The position numbers and the translations under genes are program-made. The notes beneath the pieces are model-generated. The model did no database searches, was not told the DNA's origin, and was given only the letters and a program-made list of their open reading frames with translations. Below are positions 63,711-63,970 of a DNA stretch of 63,970 nucleotides, in pieces. The DNA comes from Octopus sinensis (Eukaryota): the NCBI RefSeq assembly GCF_006345805.1, contig NC_043024.1, forward strand, positions 9,982,001 through 10,045,970, read 5' to 3'. The stretch's first letter is position 1, and each line of letters starts with the position of its first letter.

Positions 63711-63970
63711 AAAAAAGTTATGAGGAGTCGACGGGCTTCCACATTCACACACAAGAATTTACCTGCCTGCCCTGCCTGGGGTTATAATATACGGCAATTG
63801 CTCAAAGTGCCGCACACAGGGACTGAACCAAAACCCACGTGGGAGCGTCTTACCACATAGCCATACTTGTGGGTTCGGCTACTCTACATATATTTCTTTA
63901 TTGCCAACAAGGGGCTAAACAAGGACAGACGAAGGGATCAAGTCGATTATACCGACCCCGTGCGGTAACT

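Overview
Repeat-dense eukaryotic DNA, most likely from an Octopus genome. This is inferred from the abundant tRNA-derived SINE families and the extreme (TA)n/(CA)n/(CAT)n density. Nearly all ORFs in the supplied track are microsatellite or SINE artefacts. Two spliced host genes can be read by hand. (1) On the + strand is the last coding exon of an SLC13/Indy-type Na+/(di/tri)carboxylate cotransporter, present three times: two identical copies (1182, 1611) and one diverged copy (11309). (2) On the - strand are ten in-phase GT-AG exons (50459 to 18147, 372 aa) of a histidine acid phosphatase of the ACP2/ACP3 type, with RHGDRSP and HD motifs, a C-terminal TM helix and a YKRI sorting motif; exon 1 was not found. 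The rest is SINEs, CR1/RTE/Penelope fragments, a solo LTR, Tc1/mariner, piggyBac, hAT and Helitron elements, and satellites. The most notable non-genic signals are: a 400-bp palindrome carrying two type I hammerhead ribozymes in an ACP intron; a SINE found at four loci with one palindromic concatemer junction; a 3.5-kb foldback built from inverted 45-bp satellite arrays; fold-back duplications that run into unique flanks; and a tRNA-Lys(CTT) with a broken acceptor stem between two SINEs. All calls are manual readings; no alignment, folding or database search was run.
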